Source of the DNA: Cyanobacteria bacterium P01_A01_bin.15
Lineage (GTDB): Bacteria; Cyanobacteriota; Cyanobacteriia; Phormidesmidales; Phormidesmidaceae
Direction: 5' to 3'
Assembly: GCA_039814735.1 (NCBI GenBank)
Contig: JBCCAQ010000001.1
Span: 5,386-69,385 of the forward strand
Length of the DNA: 64,000 nt
Shown: piece after piece, positions 1-9,309 of the stretch
Layout of the letters: every line of letters begins with the position of its first letter
Numbering within the stretch: the first letter of the stretch is position 1
Position numbers and translations under genes: made by a program
Notes under the pieces: generated by a model
Told to the model about the DNA's origin: nothing
What the model saw: only the letters and a program-made list of their open reading frames with translations
Database searches by the model: none

Positions 1-1
1 A

Positions 2-1192
2 CATCGCCTTATTGATATTCCTATTAGCAACTGTATTAACTCGGGCATTCTAAAAATCTATGTTCTAACCCAGTTTAATTCTGCTTCCCTAAACCAGCAT
101 GTGGCTCGCTCCTATCGTTTTTCTGGGGTTCAGCCGGGCTTTGTGGATGTGCTCGCGGCGCAGCAAACCCCCGACAACCATAGCTGGTTTCAAGGGACCG
201 CCGATGCTGTCCGTCAGTATATGCAAGCGTTTAGGGATGTGGATGCGGACTCGTACCTGATTTTGTCGGGCGATCATCTCTATCGCATGGACTACAGCAA
301 ATTTATTCGGCGACATCGGGAAACCAATGCCGATATTACCCTGTCAGTACTGCCGGTCGACAAACGGCGGGCCTCTAGCTTTGGCCTAATGAAAATTGCT
401 GACGGGTCTAGCAAGATCGTTGACTTTAGCGAAAAACCAACGGGGGATGCCCTGGGGCAAATGCAGGTGGATACCTCCATGCTGGGTCTCTCAAAGGAGG
501 AGGCAGCCGCCAAGCCCTATGTTGCATCCATGGGGATCTATGTGTTTAAGCGAGAGGTGTTATTTAAGCTTCTCAATCAGCAGGCAAGCCACACCGATTT
601 TGGTAAGGAGATAATTCCCTACTCCATCAAAAAGTATAATGTCCAAGCCTATTTATTTGACGACTATTGGGAAGATATCGGGACAATTCGTTCTTTCTTT
701 AATGCAAATTTGGCTTTAGCCAAGCAGCCTAACCCGCTGTTTAGCTTTTATAAAAGCGACGCGCCCATCTACACCCGCGCCCGCTATCTCCCCCCGACTA
801 AACAGCTTGAGTGTCACGTTTCCGAGTCGATGATCAGCGATGGCTGTATCCTTAAAAAATGTCGGATTATTAATTCTGTCATTGGTATTCGTGCTCGCAT
901 TGAATCGGGCTGTACCGTTCGCAGTAGCCTGATTATGGGCGCTGACTATTATGAGGACGACGTCGAGCAGCCAAGTGATTGCGATCGCGCCCCGATTCCG
1001 GTGGGTATTGGTGCCAATAGCGAAATTGAAAATGCAATTATCGACAAAAATGCCCGCATCGGCTGCAATGTGAAAATTCTCAATAAAGATCGGATAGAAG
1101 AGGCCGATAGGGAGGTGGAAGGCTTCTATATCCGCGATGGCATTATCATTGTTCCAAAGGATGCGGTTATTGCTGACGACACCGTTATCTAA
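2..1192 (+). CDS. glgC: Glucose-1-phosphate adenylyltransferase (ADP-glucose pyrophosphorylase), 5'-truncated by the window edge
   Basis: Frame open from base 2 ([26 protein letters not shown]); motifs [54 protein letters not shown] and a C-terminal hexapeptide beta-helix. Confidence 0.97.
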   Translation, partial: HRLIDIPISNCINSGILKIYVLTQFNSASLNQHVARSYRFSGVQPGFVDVLAAQQTPDNHSWFQGTADAVRQYMQAFRDVDADSYLILSGDHLYRMDYSKFIRRHRETNADITLSVLPVDKRRASSFGLMKIADGSSKIVDFSEKPTGDALGQMQVDTSMLGLSKEEAAAKPYVASMGIYVFKREVLFKLLNQQASHTDFGKEIIPYSIKKYNVQAYLFDDYWEDIGTIRSFFNANLALAKQPNPLFSFYKSDAPIYTRARYLPPTKQLECHVSESMISDGCILKKCRIINSVIGIRARIESGCTVRSSLIMGADYYEDDVEQPSDCDRAPIPVGIGANSEIENAIIDKNARIGCNVKILNKDRIEEADREVEGFYIRDGIIIVPKDAVIADDTVI

Positions 1193-1268
1193 GCGTCTTA
1201 CAGCCTCGATAGTTCTTCGCCTCCTTGAGACCCCAAACCCTGAGACCCCAAGGAGGCAAATCCGATCC

Positions 1269-1829
1269 CTAGGGAGCCTCGGCTTCAATGTAGTTAATGA
1301 CATGGGGAACCAGCTTTTGAACAGAATGGATAATCATCGATCGATCAAACTGCATCCACGAACGGGGACGCTGAAAAACGCAGGCGCGCAGAATACCCCA
1401 AAGCTGATCTTTATTAAAAATGTGCCCTTGAACCAGGGCCTGCTCATTCCGGATAAACGGATCGGTAGCCCTGAGGTTAGCAGACTCAGCATCGATATTA
1501 TTGATAAATGCTGAATGCTCCATGGACAGCGCCGCTGAAAATAAATCGCTGTTTGCTAGTCTCTTGTCTTTGAGGTGCCAGCGCTCATCTATCAGGGTAG
1601 GATACTGACTGGACTTTGACCAGTAGTGGGTTATCTTGCTTTGGTGACGTTGCGGATGGCGGAGATAAAAAAAACAGCAGTCACATTGGAGTAAATCGCC
1701 CAGTACCGCCAGCAGCTGGGTAAGCAGCATATCCTCGCTTGCAGCGTGGTGAAAAACAGCCTCCAGCCTGCCTGGATAGGATGGGTTATAGACGAAATTC
1801 AGAGTCTCCTTTGAGTCGGGTGTAGTCAT
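1269..1829 (-). CDS. Stand-alone GAF-domain protein
   Basis: 186 aa; LGDLLQCDCCFFYLR..., QALVQGHIFNKDQLWGIL...PRSW is a GAF-type signature; no output domain. Confidence 0.75.
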   Translation of the reverse strand: MTTPDSKETLNFVYNPSYPGRLEAVFHHAASEDMLLTQLLAVLGDLLQCDCCFFYLRHPQRHQSKITHYWSKSSQYPTLIDERWHLKDKRLANSDLFSAALSMEHSAFINNIDAESANLRATDPFIRNEQALVQGHIFNKDQLWGILRACVFQRPRSWMQFDRSMIIHSVQKLVPHVINYIEAEAP

Positions 1830-2078
1830 ATTAAACAGAGTTTATTTATTCTAAAGGGAGAGTTTGGAGCGAGATTTTAATTCACGGCTTTATAAGGGAA
1901 TTTCACGCTGGTTGCCCTGTAGAACAACGATTTAGCGACCCGCTATGTACACTGGTGCCATTGCCGTCCCAGGTTGCTCCAAGCTTGTTAGCAGTTCCCG
2001 GCAGCTATTTCAAATCCATGTCCACAACCCAAGAAAGGGCAGCCATTCCCAGTCTAAAAATTCTGACAATGTTTACAC

Positions 2079-2094
2079 TCTGTCCCAGGGTAGA
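2079..2094 (-). promoter_or_regulatory. Palindromic box; leftward promoter towards the GAF gene
   Basis: TCTGTC-CCAG-GGTAGA (+ strand); 22 bp, then TAGACT on the - strand. Confidence 0.7.
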
Positions 2095-2125
2095 TGAATC
2101 TGACCTATCGTTCCATGCTTGCCGA

Positions 2126-3478
2126 TTAGACCGCAAGATCTTCCTCAGGCATTTTAATCAACTGACGAGAGCGATTGTAGAGCAGCGCCATACCAAAGGA
2201 CAGCGGGCCAATCCGACCAACGTACATCATTGTGATAACAATCAGTTTACCCAGTACTGTCAGATCGCCGGTAATACCCCGAGATAGACCAACGGTACCC
2301 AGAGCCGATGCTACCTCAAACACGACATCTTCAAAAACCTGATCCTGAACAAGGAGCAAACCGCCAGTGCCAATCAGAAAGACCAAAATATAAAATACAA
2401 TGGCCGCAGAGGCTGCGGTGACCCGTTCTTCAGGAATACGTCGTCCCATGTAGGCAATGGCCTGATTTCCCCGTAGGCTGCTCCACATACCGCCTAGGGC
2501 CGCAGAAATAGAGGTTGTCTTGATACCACCCCCTGTACCAGAAGGCGATGCCCCAACGATCATCAGTGCCAGGGTCAACAGCACTGAAAAGGCACTAAGG
2601 GAGGCAATTGGATGGGTGTTAAAACCAACCGTAGTAAGAGCCGTCATTGACTGAAACCAGGCTGCCAAAATCCGCTCACCAATCGGTAGCGCCTGGATAG
2701 ACGTGTCAAACAAAAGCAGCAAAACAAAGCCAGCGATGATAAAACAGCTGGTAAAGAGCAGAATAACCTTGGATGTTAGGGACATGGTGCGACGCCGTTT
2801 GACGTTGCTTTGCCAAACGTCTGAAGCCACCAAAAAGCCAATTGCGCCCAGGAGGCTCAAAATGCTAACCACCACATTGATCCAAAAATCCCCGCGAAAG
2901 TCTTCCAAGCTGTTGGGGAAAATACTAAACCCTGCTGTACAAAACGCTGATATCGTATGAAAAATGGCGGTCCATAGGGGATTGTCTACACCCTGTATGC
3001 TAAATAACGGAGTCAGGATAAAGATACCTGCAATCTCGGCAAGGGCCGTAAAAATCACCGTGTGTTGAATCAGTGTTTTCAGGTCAAACCCTTCTGGTAA
3101 CGAAAAGACGACTGAACCAACCTGCTTACGAAAAGACGATAGCGTGTCATTCCCCATGAGTACGAGAAAAGATCCTACGGTCATATAGCCCAGACCGCCT
3201 AGCTGAAAAGCGATTAAAATAACGAGCTGACCCCAAAAGTTATAGGCCACAGGGGTATTGACGGTGACCAGACCGGTCGTACTAACAGCAGAGGTAGCAA
3301 TAAACAGATTATCTAGAAATGAGACAGGTCCGTCTTTCCAGCAAATTGGCAGGCTGAGCAGACACACAGCAACGATAATATAGCTGGCATAGCCAAACAG
3401 AATTATCTTTAGCGGATTAGCGCTAATTTTGCGTAGATATGCCTGCAGCTTTGATGGCTTTGGTTGAAGTGGTTCCAT
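2126..3478 (-). CDS. TrkH/KtrB family K+ uptake membrane subunit
   Basis: Four pore-loop motifs: SAVSTTGL, SAFCTAGFS, TALTTVGFN, SALGTVGLS; GASPSGTGGGIKTT. Confidence 0.92.
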   Translation of the reverse strand: MEPLQPKPSKLQAYLRKISANPLKIILFGYASYIIVAVCLLSLPICWKDGPVSFLDNLFIATSAVSTTGLVTVNTPVAYNFWGQLVILIAFQLGGLGYMTVGSFLVLMGNDTLSSFRKQVGSVVFSLPEGFDLKTLIQHTVIFTALAEIAGIFILTPLFSIQGVDNPLWTAIFHTISAFCTAGFSIFPNSLEDFRGDFWINVVVSILSLLGAIGFLVASDVWQSNVKRRRTMSLTSKVILLFTSCFIIAGFVLLLLFDTSIQALPIGERILAAWFQSMTALTTVGFNTHPIASLSAFSVLLTLALMIVGASPSGTGGGIKTTSISAALGGMWSSLRGNQAIAYMGRRIPEERVTAASAAIVFYILVFLIGTGGLLLVQDQVFEDVVFEVASALGTVGLSRGITGDLTVLGKLIVITMMYVGRIGPLSFGMALLYNRSRQLIKMPEEDLAV

Positions 3479-3531
3479 ATTTTTGAAGAGATAAGGAGAT
3501 GCGCTGTGTGGGTTGACAGCCTGGGGCCTAT

Positions 3532-3786
3532 CTATAGATCGCTGGCCGTGTCCGGCGCTATTTCGAGCCCGCCGTCTTGGACTACCTGCTGCTGATCTGT
3601 TACCAGGTCGGCGATGCCGTCCACCTCAACACCCATGTCCGCGCATGCCTGCTGCAAAGCAGCCCTAAACGTTTCAATATCAGTACCGTAGCCGCAGTTT
3701 TTTGCAGCGGCTTCTACCCCAGCCGATGCGCTGGCCTTGGCACAGCTGATTAACTCAATGCCGTCTAACTTTTTTTTGCTAGTCAT
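3532..3786 (-). CDS. Small conserved hypothetical protein (CGYG motif), paralog of 60638-60898
   Basis: Start placed at ATG 3786, downstream of the box promoter; similar to the 60638 ORF (AKA.A.AG...AA..CGYG.....F..ALQ.ACAD.G.E...L). Confidence 0.75.
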   Translation of the reverse strand: MTSKKKLDGIELISCAKASASAGVEAAAKNCGYGTDIETFRAALQQACADMGVEVDGIADLVTDQQQVVQDGGLEIAPDTASDL

Positions 3787-3848
3787 AGATTTTGTTAAGC
3801 CTACTATTGTGAATAAGCTGACGATACCATGCTGTTTTTGCTTTCTCA

Positions 3849-3864
3849 TCTGACTATAGGTAGA
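3849..3864 (-). promoter_or_regulatory. Palindromic box promoter
   Basis: TCTGAC-TATA-GGTAGA; 22 bp, then TATCGT on the - strand. Confidence 0.7.
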
Positions 3865-4102
3865 CGTTCAGCAAGCTTCTTTAGGTATAGAAGAACGCTA
3901 TACCTATGGGGTGAAAACTCTAATACTGTCTGGCATTGAGCTGTGCTACTTATCTCTCTGGTGATTCCATTCCGATGTTTGGGCCTTTTCTTGGAGTCTG
4001 ATGCTGTGGTTTTTGGGAGGGGCTGCTTCGTGGGGTAAGGGAGAAAAGGGTAAGAGAGAAAATTACGGGGACTTTATTGGTATGTGAGATCCCTACAGCC
4101 AT

Positions 4103-4132
4103 AAAAAAAGACTCCAGAAGGAGCCTCTTTTT
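4103..4132 (-). terminator. Intrinsic terminator after the AvaK-like gene
   Basis: On the - strand GAGGCTCC-TTCT-GGAGTCTT followed by a T run; A/T runs on both sides. Confidence 0.65.
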
Positions 4133-4193
4133 ATCGATTGATGGCGTAGCTATCGTTGATTGCCTGTAAGCGGTTTGTTAACTACTGTCGATG

Positions 4194-5132
4194 TTATCGC
4201 TTGGCTACATTAGGATTACCCTCTGAGCTAATGTCTAGCTTCTCACGACGTAGCTTCTCTTGCTCAGTAACAACGTCTCGGTCGGTTTCCTTACGGACGC
4301 TGACTTCCTCACGGACAAACGCCTCTTTACGGATATTGGCCTCTTCGCCATAGGTTTCCATACGCACTACCTCACCTTCATTAAATTCGGGGGTACCTGC
4401 TACTGCAGCTCCGTTGGTGGGAGCCGAGCGTTCAATTACAATACGCTCGTTTTGAACTGGGACGGAGACTTCTTGGGTTTCGGTCTCAACCCGTTTGCCA
4501 ACGGATACTGCACCTGTCTTAAAGCGATCCTTATCAGCGATCAGTCGTTCCTGATATAGGCGAATCGGCTCGTGGGCATCCCTATCCATCGCATAGAGCC
4601 CAGGCTCGCGGTCATAGTTGCCTGCTACCTGACGAGAGTCGGCAGAGGATGGGGTACCACCGGGATGTTCGGTTACACCATAGAGAGACGCACTACCAGG
4701 ATAGGCGCGGTATTCGTCTACCTTGTATTCTTTGCCCATAAACTGACGGGTGCGATTGTCACCAAGGGAACGATAGCCACTGCGAACCCGTTCTTCATAG
4801 TCATTATCGATAGTCATGTCGTCACTATACTCAGGCATATTTTCTACCTGATCTTTGGTCAGACCGTCGGCATAGATTCGCTTTTGGGTCTCATCAAATC
4901 GTGCTAGACCGATAGGTAAAAGAATGTTTTTACCAAATACCCAGAAGCCGGTATCAACAATTAGATAGCGAATGGTGCCAGTGGTTGTCTCAAACAGTGC
5001 GTCTTTGATAGAACCAACTTTGTCTTCGCCCTGGCTGTATACGCTGTACTCATCGAAGTGAGCCGCATTGCTATTGTTGCCAAGCTTCTCGCGGTAATTA
5101 GGATAAGCCTCTTTGAATTTCATTAAAGCCAT
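4194..5132 (-). CDS. PRC-barrel + DUF2382 (YsnF/AvaK-like) stress protein
   Basis: N-terminal KVGSIKDALF..GTIRYLIVDTGFWVFGKNILLPIG (PRC barrel); C-terminal IRLYQERLIADK...EEANIRKEAFVREEVSVRKE (DUF2382). Confidence 0.9.
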   Translation of the reverse strand: MALMKFKEAYPNYREKLGNNSNAAHFDEYSVYSQGEDKVGSIKDALFETTTGTIRYLIVDTGFWVFGKNILLPIGLARFDETQKRIYADGLTKDQVENMPEYSDDMTIDNDYEERVRSGYRSLGDNRTRQFMGKEYKVDEYRAYPGSASLYGVTEHPGGTPSSADSRQVAGNYDREPGLYAMDRDAHEPIRLYQERLIADKDRFKTGAVSVGKRVETETQEVSVPVQNERIVIERSAPTNGAAVAGTPEFNEGEVVRMETYGEEANIRKEAFVREEVSVRKETDRDVVTEQEKLRREKLDISSEGNPNVAKR

Positions 5133-5195
5133 ATTGTTTGTTGTCCTTGTGTGAATAAGTCTCCTAAATCTTATCTAGAGTTTTGACGCTAGGTG

Positions 5196-5211
5196 TTCTC
5201 CCTTAGAAAGA
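5196..5211 (-). promoter_or_regulatory. Palindromic box promoter
   Basis: TTCTCC-CTTA-GAAAGA; 22 bp, then TAAGAT on the - strand. Confidence 0.6.
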
Positions 5212-5408
5212 GATAAAGGAAATATGATCTACACCGTCAGAGTGAGTCCATATCGGTGTCTTAATTTAATGTTCTAAAAACAAAGCAGGGACACAGTCTG
5301 TGCCCCTGCTTTATTAGCGGTTAAGAAAATACGGTCTCTCCGTAGCCGCCCGCCATCTAGGCCTGGTTTGACCCCTGTTGGGAGATAGAGAAACCCGAAT
5401 GATCCTCC

Positions 5409-6050
5409 TTAGATAGGGCGGCGAACCGGCTTGCGAGCGCCTACGGTTGAACCAATTAGGGATGCTACCCAGCCTAGCAAAGCACCAAACAGAAAAGACC
5501 AGCCTGCTTTTGCGGCGTTGGCTGCATACTGCTGGGCTTCTTGAGTTGTTACATCCGGTACGACTGTACCTGGATTGGGTAAAGACACACCGCTAGATTC
5601 TTGGATTTGGTCGATGACAGCGCCTGCGTTTGCAGCTGCTACTCCAAAGGTTCCAGAAACACCGCTAGCTAAGAGCCATGCGCTAACGGCTAGAGTTGTT
5701 GCCCACAAAATAGTTCCATTGAGCATAGCTGTTTTTTTGTTCATGGGGCCGCAGGTGCTACCCATAATCCAGCTGCCCAAAAAGAGTGAGATAAACAGAC
5801 TGGCAATAGACCAAATACTGACACCAGTCCCGACGGTGCCTGCGGCTGTACCGGTTGCACCAGCCGTTAGGCCAATCGATGCACCTAGGGCGCTTAGTAC
5901 TAGCTGGGCCGCGATGGATACAAAAATTCCAGCAAATATAGGACCCCATCGGACTCGGTCATGGTACTCGACAACAGGATTGAGGATTTGGGCTGTGGGG
6001 GCAGCAGGAATATTTTGATAGGTTGGATCTGGACGTTCTGCGTATGCCAT
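5409..6050 (-). CDS. Hypothetical 4-TM membrane protein; short homolog of the 39459-42539 protein
   Basis: RVRWGPIFAG..., three N-terminal TM helices plus one C-terminal TM; ATG 6050 with GGAG upstream. Confidence 0.8.
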   Translation of the reverse strand: MAYAERPDPTYQNIPAAPTAQILNPVVEYHDRVRWGPIFAGIFVSIAAQLVLSALGASIGLTAGATGTAAGTVGTGVSIWSIASLFISLFLGSWIMGSTCGPMNKKTAMLNGTILWATTLAVSAWLLASGVSGTFGVAAANAGAVIDQIQESSGVSLPNPGTVVPDVTTQEAQQYAANAAKAGWSFLFGALLGWVASLIGSTVGARKPVRRPI

Positions 6051-6140
6051 GGGAGATTTCTCCAAAAATAGATTGCTGCGGTTGAAATGGGTGCAGCATC
6101 GAAGTGTTCTCCATAGTAGAAGAGTTGTAAAATTTGATAC

Positions 6141-6156
6141 TCTATCTTCTGGTAGA
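6141..6156 (-). promoter_or_regulatory. Palindromic box promoter
   Basis: TCTATC-TTCT-GGTAGA; 22 bp, then TACTAT on the - strand. Confidence 0.8.
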
Positions 6157-6223
6157 GTCTTTTGGGTACTGTCCTAAACGCTATGAAATTACTAGTATTT
6201 TGAAAGTCTAGAGCAGACTTATA

Positions 6224-6239
6224 TCTCTCTATTGAGTGA
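6224..6239 (+). promoter_or_regulatory. Palindromic box promoter
   Basis: TCTCTC-TATT-GAGTGA; 22 bp, then CAAAAT. Confidence 0.6.
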
Positions 6240-6296
6240 CGATAATAGGACGGCGATCACCCAAAATAGCAGAAGTAACTATGAGATCAATCTGTT

Positions 6297-7178
6297 ATGG
6301 CCTTGTTTAAAATTGGCGACTGCTATCCCAACTATAGGGAACGGTTTTTTGATGGAAATGATATTAAAGGCACTAGCGTTTATTCATCTGGCAAAGACTC
6401 AGATAAAGTAGGCAGCGTTCACGATGTGCTGGTTGATGAGATCGGTCGTATTCGCTATCTGGTAGTCGATATAGGTTTTTGGATCTTTGGTAAGCGGATT
6501 CTCCTGCCCGTTGGCCAGTGTATTGATAAACCTGAACAAGAGCGGATCTATGCGACAAACCTGACTAAGGAAAGCGTAGAGCGCTTACCGGAATATAGTG
6601 ATGGTATGGTCCTGAACTTTGATTATGAAGAACAGGTCCGTTCTGTGTATCGCTTGCCGAGTGTCGAAGCGTCTACTCCTGTCGAAATGCTAACCCCAGT
6701 AAAGCAAACCGCTCGCCATGCCACGCCGAAAAAGCCCACCCAATATGTCCATGATCGCGAACCGACCCTTTATGGCATGAACGATAACAACCATCGACGT
6801 CTGCGGCTCTATGAAGAACGGCTGGTGGCTGATAAAGTCAGAAGAAAGACCGGTGATGTCAAAGTCAGTAAGCGGATAGAAACAGAGACTACAGACGCTG
6901 CGGTCACTATTCAAAAAGAAATTATTGTTATTGAGATTCAGTCAGTTCAGGGTGCCACCCGCGTTAATACGCCAGACGGTACGCTTCAGGATGGAGAGGT
7001 TGCCCACTTAGATATCTATGAAGAGCAGGCAAATATTCGTAAGGAACCGGTTGTCTATCAGGAGGTGAATATTCGTAAAGAGATCAAAACTGACGTTGTT
7101 ACCGGCCATGGGACGCTACGACGAGAAGAGCTAGATATTCACCAAGAAGGTGAGTCGCCATTGGCTGACAAGAGGTAA
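6297..7178 (+). CDS. PRC-barrel + DUF2382 (AvaK-like) protein, second paralog
   Basis: Same architecture as 4194-5132 (IRYLVVDIGFWIFGKRILLPVG; LRLYEERLVADK; EEQANIRKE). Confidence 0.9.
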   Translation: MALFKIGDCYPNYRERFFDGNDIKGTSVYSSGKDSDKVGSVHDVLVDEIGRIRYLVVDIGFWIFGKRILLPVGQCIDKPEQERIYATNLTKESVERLPEYSDGMVLNFDYEEQVRSVYRLPSVEASTPVEMLTPVKQTARHATPKKPTQYVHDREPTLYGMNDNNHRRLRLYEERLVADKVRRKTGDVKVSKRIETETTDAAVTIQKEIIVIEIQSVQGATRVNTPDGTLQDGEVAHLDIYEEQANIRKEPVVYQEVNIRKEIKTDVVTGHGTLRREELDIHQEGESPLADKR

Positions 7179-7295
7179 CAGCTGGACCTGTAGAGGATCT
7201 GATCAGAAATAAGATACCTGGCTAAGACTGGGAAAAGGAGAGAGGAAAAAAGATTAGAGCCGGTGCTTTGATTACCAGCGAGTCCCTACACTTTG

Positions 7296-8075
7296 CTAGG
7301 AAACCTGCCCACTGGAAACCATCTGACGAATGCTTTGAGCTAGCTGTTTAGGTGCTTCTAGTGGTATTAGGTGTCCCACATCCAAGAGCTGAGTTAGCTC
7401 GGCGTTGGGGAGCAATGCCATGACGTCACTTTTGATGATATCTAGAGGAATCACCGGATCATCTGAAGCCGCTATTACGCTGACAGGTACTTCAATTTGG
7501 CCTAGCCGATCGGCAATGGAGTGATTCATGCCGTCGAGTAACCACCAGCGCCAGGTGCGGTCTTCGGCCTCGGTGTGGGTACGAATAGCGAGTGCTTGCC
7601 GATCGTCTGATAATGGTTTTTGCGTGGCGCTATTGACGGTCGTTGTTGCTACATCCGGACTCTGGTGATTGCTCAATAAGCGATCGCGTTCATCCTTGGG
7701 CATTGGTTCTTGAGTGGGTGGGGATGGCGCTACTAAAATCACTCGTTCTAAACCATCGATTTCCAGGTCGGTGGCTATCTGTAGGGCAATCTTACCTCCC
7801 ATGGAATGCCCAACTAGTACCGGCTGCTCAACCTCTAGCTGAGTCAGCGTATCTCTTATAAAAGCACTATAGTTTTTTAACGACGGTTTAGCTAATGGAG
7901 GCGCATCGCCAAAACCGGGTAGGTCTAGGGCAATGCATTGAAAGTCGCTTTTGAGCTGATCTATGACCCACTGCCAGCTTGCGGCTGCCCCGCTGAAATA
8001 ATGCAGAAAAACGAGCGTGGGTTTGCCGCTACCTTGGCTCGTAGCTGAAAGGTCGCTAATAGAATGGTTCACCAT
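7296..8075 (-). CDS. Alpha/beta hydrolase
   Basis: LVFLHYF, ALDLPGFG, nucleophile elbow GHSMGG, C-terminal GHLIPLEAP. Confidence 0.9.
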   Translation of the reverse strand: MVNHSISDLSATSQGSGKPTLVFLHYFSGAAASWQWVIDQLKSDFQCIALDLPGFGDAPPLAKPSLKNYSAFIRDTLTQLEVEQPVLVGHSMGGKIALQIATDLEIDGLERVILVAPSPPTQEPMPKDERDRLLSNHQSPDVATTTVNSATQKPLSDDRQALAIRTHTEAEDRTWRWWLLDGMNHSIADRLGQIEVPVSVIAASDDPVIPLDIIKSDVMALLPNAELTQLLDVGHLIPLEAPKQLAQSIRQMVSSGQVS

Positions 8076-8143
8076 GGAATAAGATTCTGAGGGTCTGGGC
8101 TAAATCGCTATCTGGAGTGTAAGGGCTACCCATTCAAAATTTC

Positions 8144-8159
8144 TCTATCTTCTTAGGGA
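8144..8159 (-). promoter_or_regulatory. Palindromic box promoter
   Basis: TCTATC-TTCT-TAGGGA; 22 bp, then TACACT on the - strand. Confidence 0.65.
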
Positions 8160-8332
8160 TATGCGATTTAGAGCGATGTGGTGATCTTATTGGCCCGGGG
8201 AAAGCACGTACTGTCCGTAAGCGATGGAGCCTGACAAGTTCTGTTTTTTTAACGGTTTGAAAGGACCAACGTGTTATCTCTATCGCCTTGTCGATAAACA
8301 TGCCAAATGACATAGGCAGCAGACATTAGATG

Positions 8333-8348
8333 TCTGCTTTCCGGTAGA
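8333..8348 (+). promoter_or_regulatory. Palindromic box promoter
   Basis: TCTGCT-TTCC-GGTAGA; 22 bp, then TACGAT. Confidence 0.7.
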
Positions 8349-8419
8349 CCGTCGGTAGCAAGATTTTTTCTACGATGCCCTATGGACCAGTTGTAAGGGC
8401 ATAACAGTCGGGAGATCTT

Positions 8420-9220
8420 ATGGATTTAGGGATTAAGGGTAAGGTAGCTGTGATCACAGGTGGTGATATCGGTGGTATGGGGCATGCTACGGCCAAAATT
8501 TTGGCAGCTGAGGGCGCTAAGATTGCCATTATCGATCAAACCCAAGAGCCTTTGGATCAGGCTGTGGAGGAGGTGCGCAAGATCGGTGAGGCGATTGGGG
8601 TGACGGCTGACCTGACAAAGCTCGATCAGGTTGAAGCGGCCCAACAAAAGATTCTTGATCATTACGGTGAGGTTCATATTCTAGTCAATGCAGCCGGTAT
8701 CACGGGTGCAACCAAACCCTTTTTAGAGCTAAGTGATGATGACTGGTGGCAGACCATTGATGTGGACCTGATGATTGCTGTGCGCGTGTGCCGTGCGTTT
8801 ATTCCCTCCATGCAGCAGGCGGGCTGGGGGCGAGTTGTGCTGTTTACCTCCGAGGATGCGCTGCAGCCCTACACCGACGAGATGCCCTACTGTGCGGCCA
8901 AAGCAGGTGTGCTAAACCTTATGAAAAACCTTTCTAAAGAGTTTGCCAAGGACGGGATTTTGGTGAATTCGGTGTCTCCGGCTTATATTGCCACTCCCAT
9001 GACCGATGCCATGATGGAAAAGCGTGCTAACGAAAAAAACATGAGCTTTGATCAAGCCATTGAGACCTTTCTCGATGAAAAACGTCCGCATCTGGAGCTG
9101 CACCGGCGTGGTAAGGCCCAGGAAGTTGCGGCTGTTGTAGCGTTCCTGTGCTCTGAGCTGTCGACATTTATCGTCGGTTCTAACTATCGCGTTGATGGCG
9201 GTTCGGTTGCGACAGTCTAG
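8420..9220 (+). CDS. Short-chain dehydrogenase/reductase (SDR)
   Basis: GKVAVITGGDIGGMG, LVNAAG, YCAAK catalytic motif, VDGG. Confidence 0.92.
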   Translation: MDLGIKGKVAVITGGDIGGMGHATAKILAAEGAKIAIIDQTQEPLDQAVEEVRKIGEAIGVTADLTKLDQVEAAQQKILDHYGEVHILVNAAGITGATKPFLELSDDDWWQTIDVDLMIAVRVCRAFIPSMQQAGWGRVVLFTSEDALQPYTDEMPYCAAKAGVLNLMKNLSKEFAKDGILVNSVSPAYIATPMTDAMMEKRANEKNMSFDQAIETFLDEKRPHLELHRRGKAQEVAAVVAFLCSELSTFIVGSNYRVDGGSVATV

Positions 9221-9309
9221 GAAATTTTTAGCTAGCTGGGGACTGTTGTTTAGATCGGGGGTTCCTCAGCTAGCTAAAGCGAAACTGTTATTGGGCGGTT
9301 ACAAAAGCC

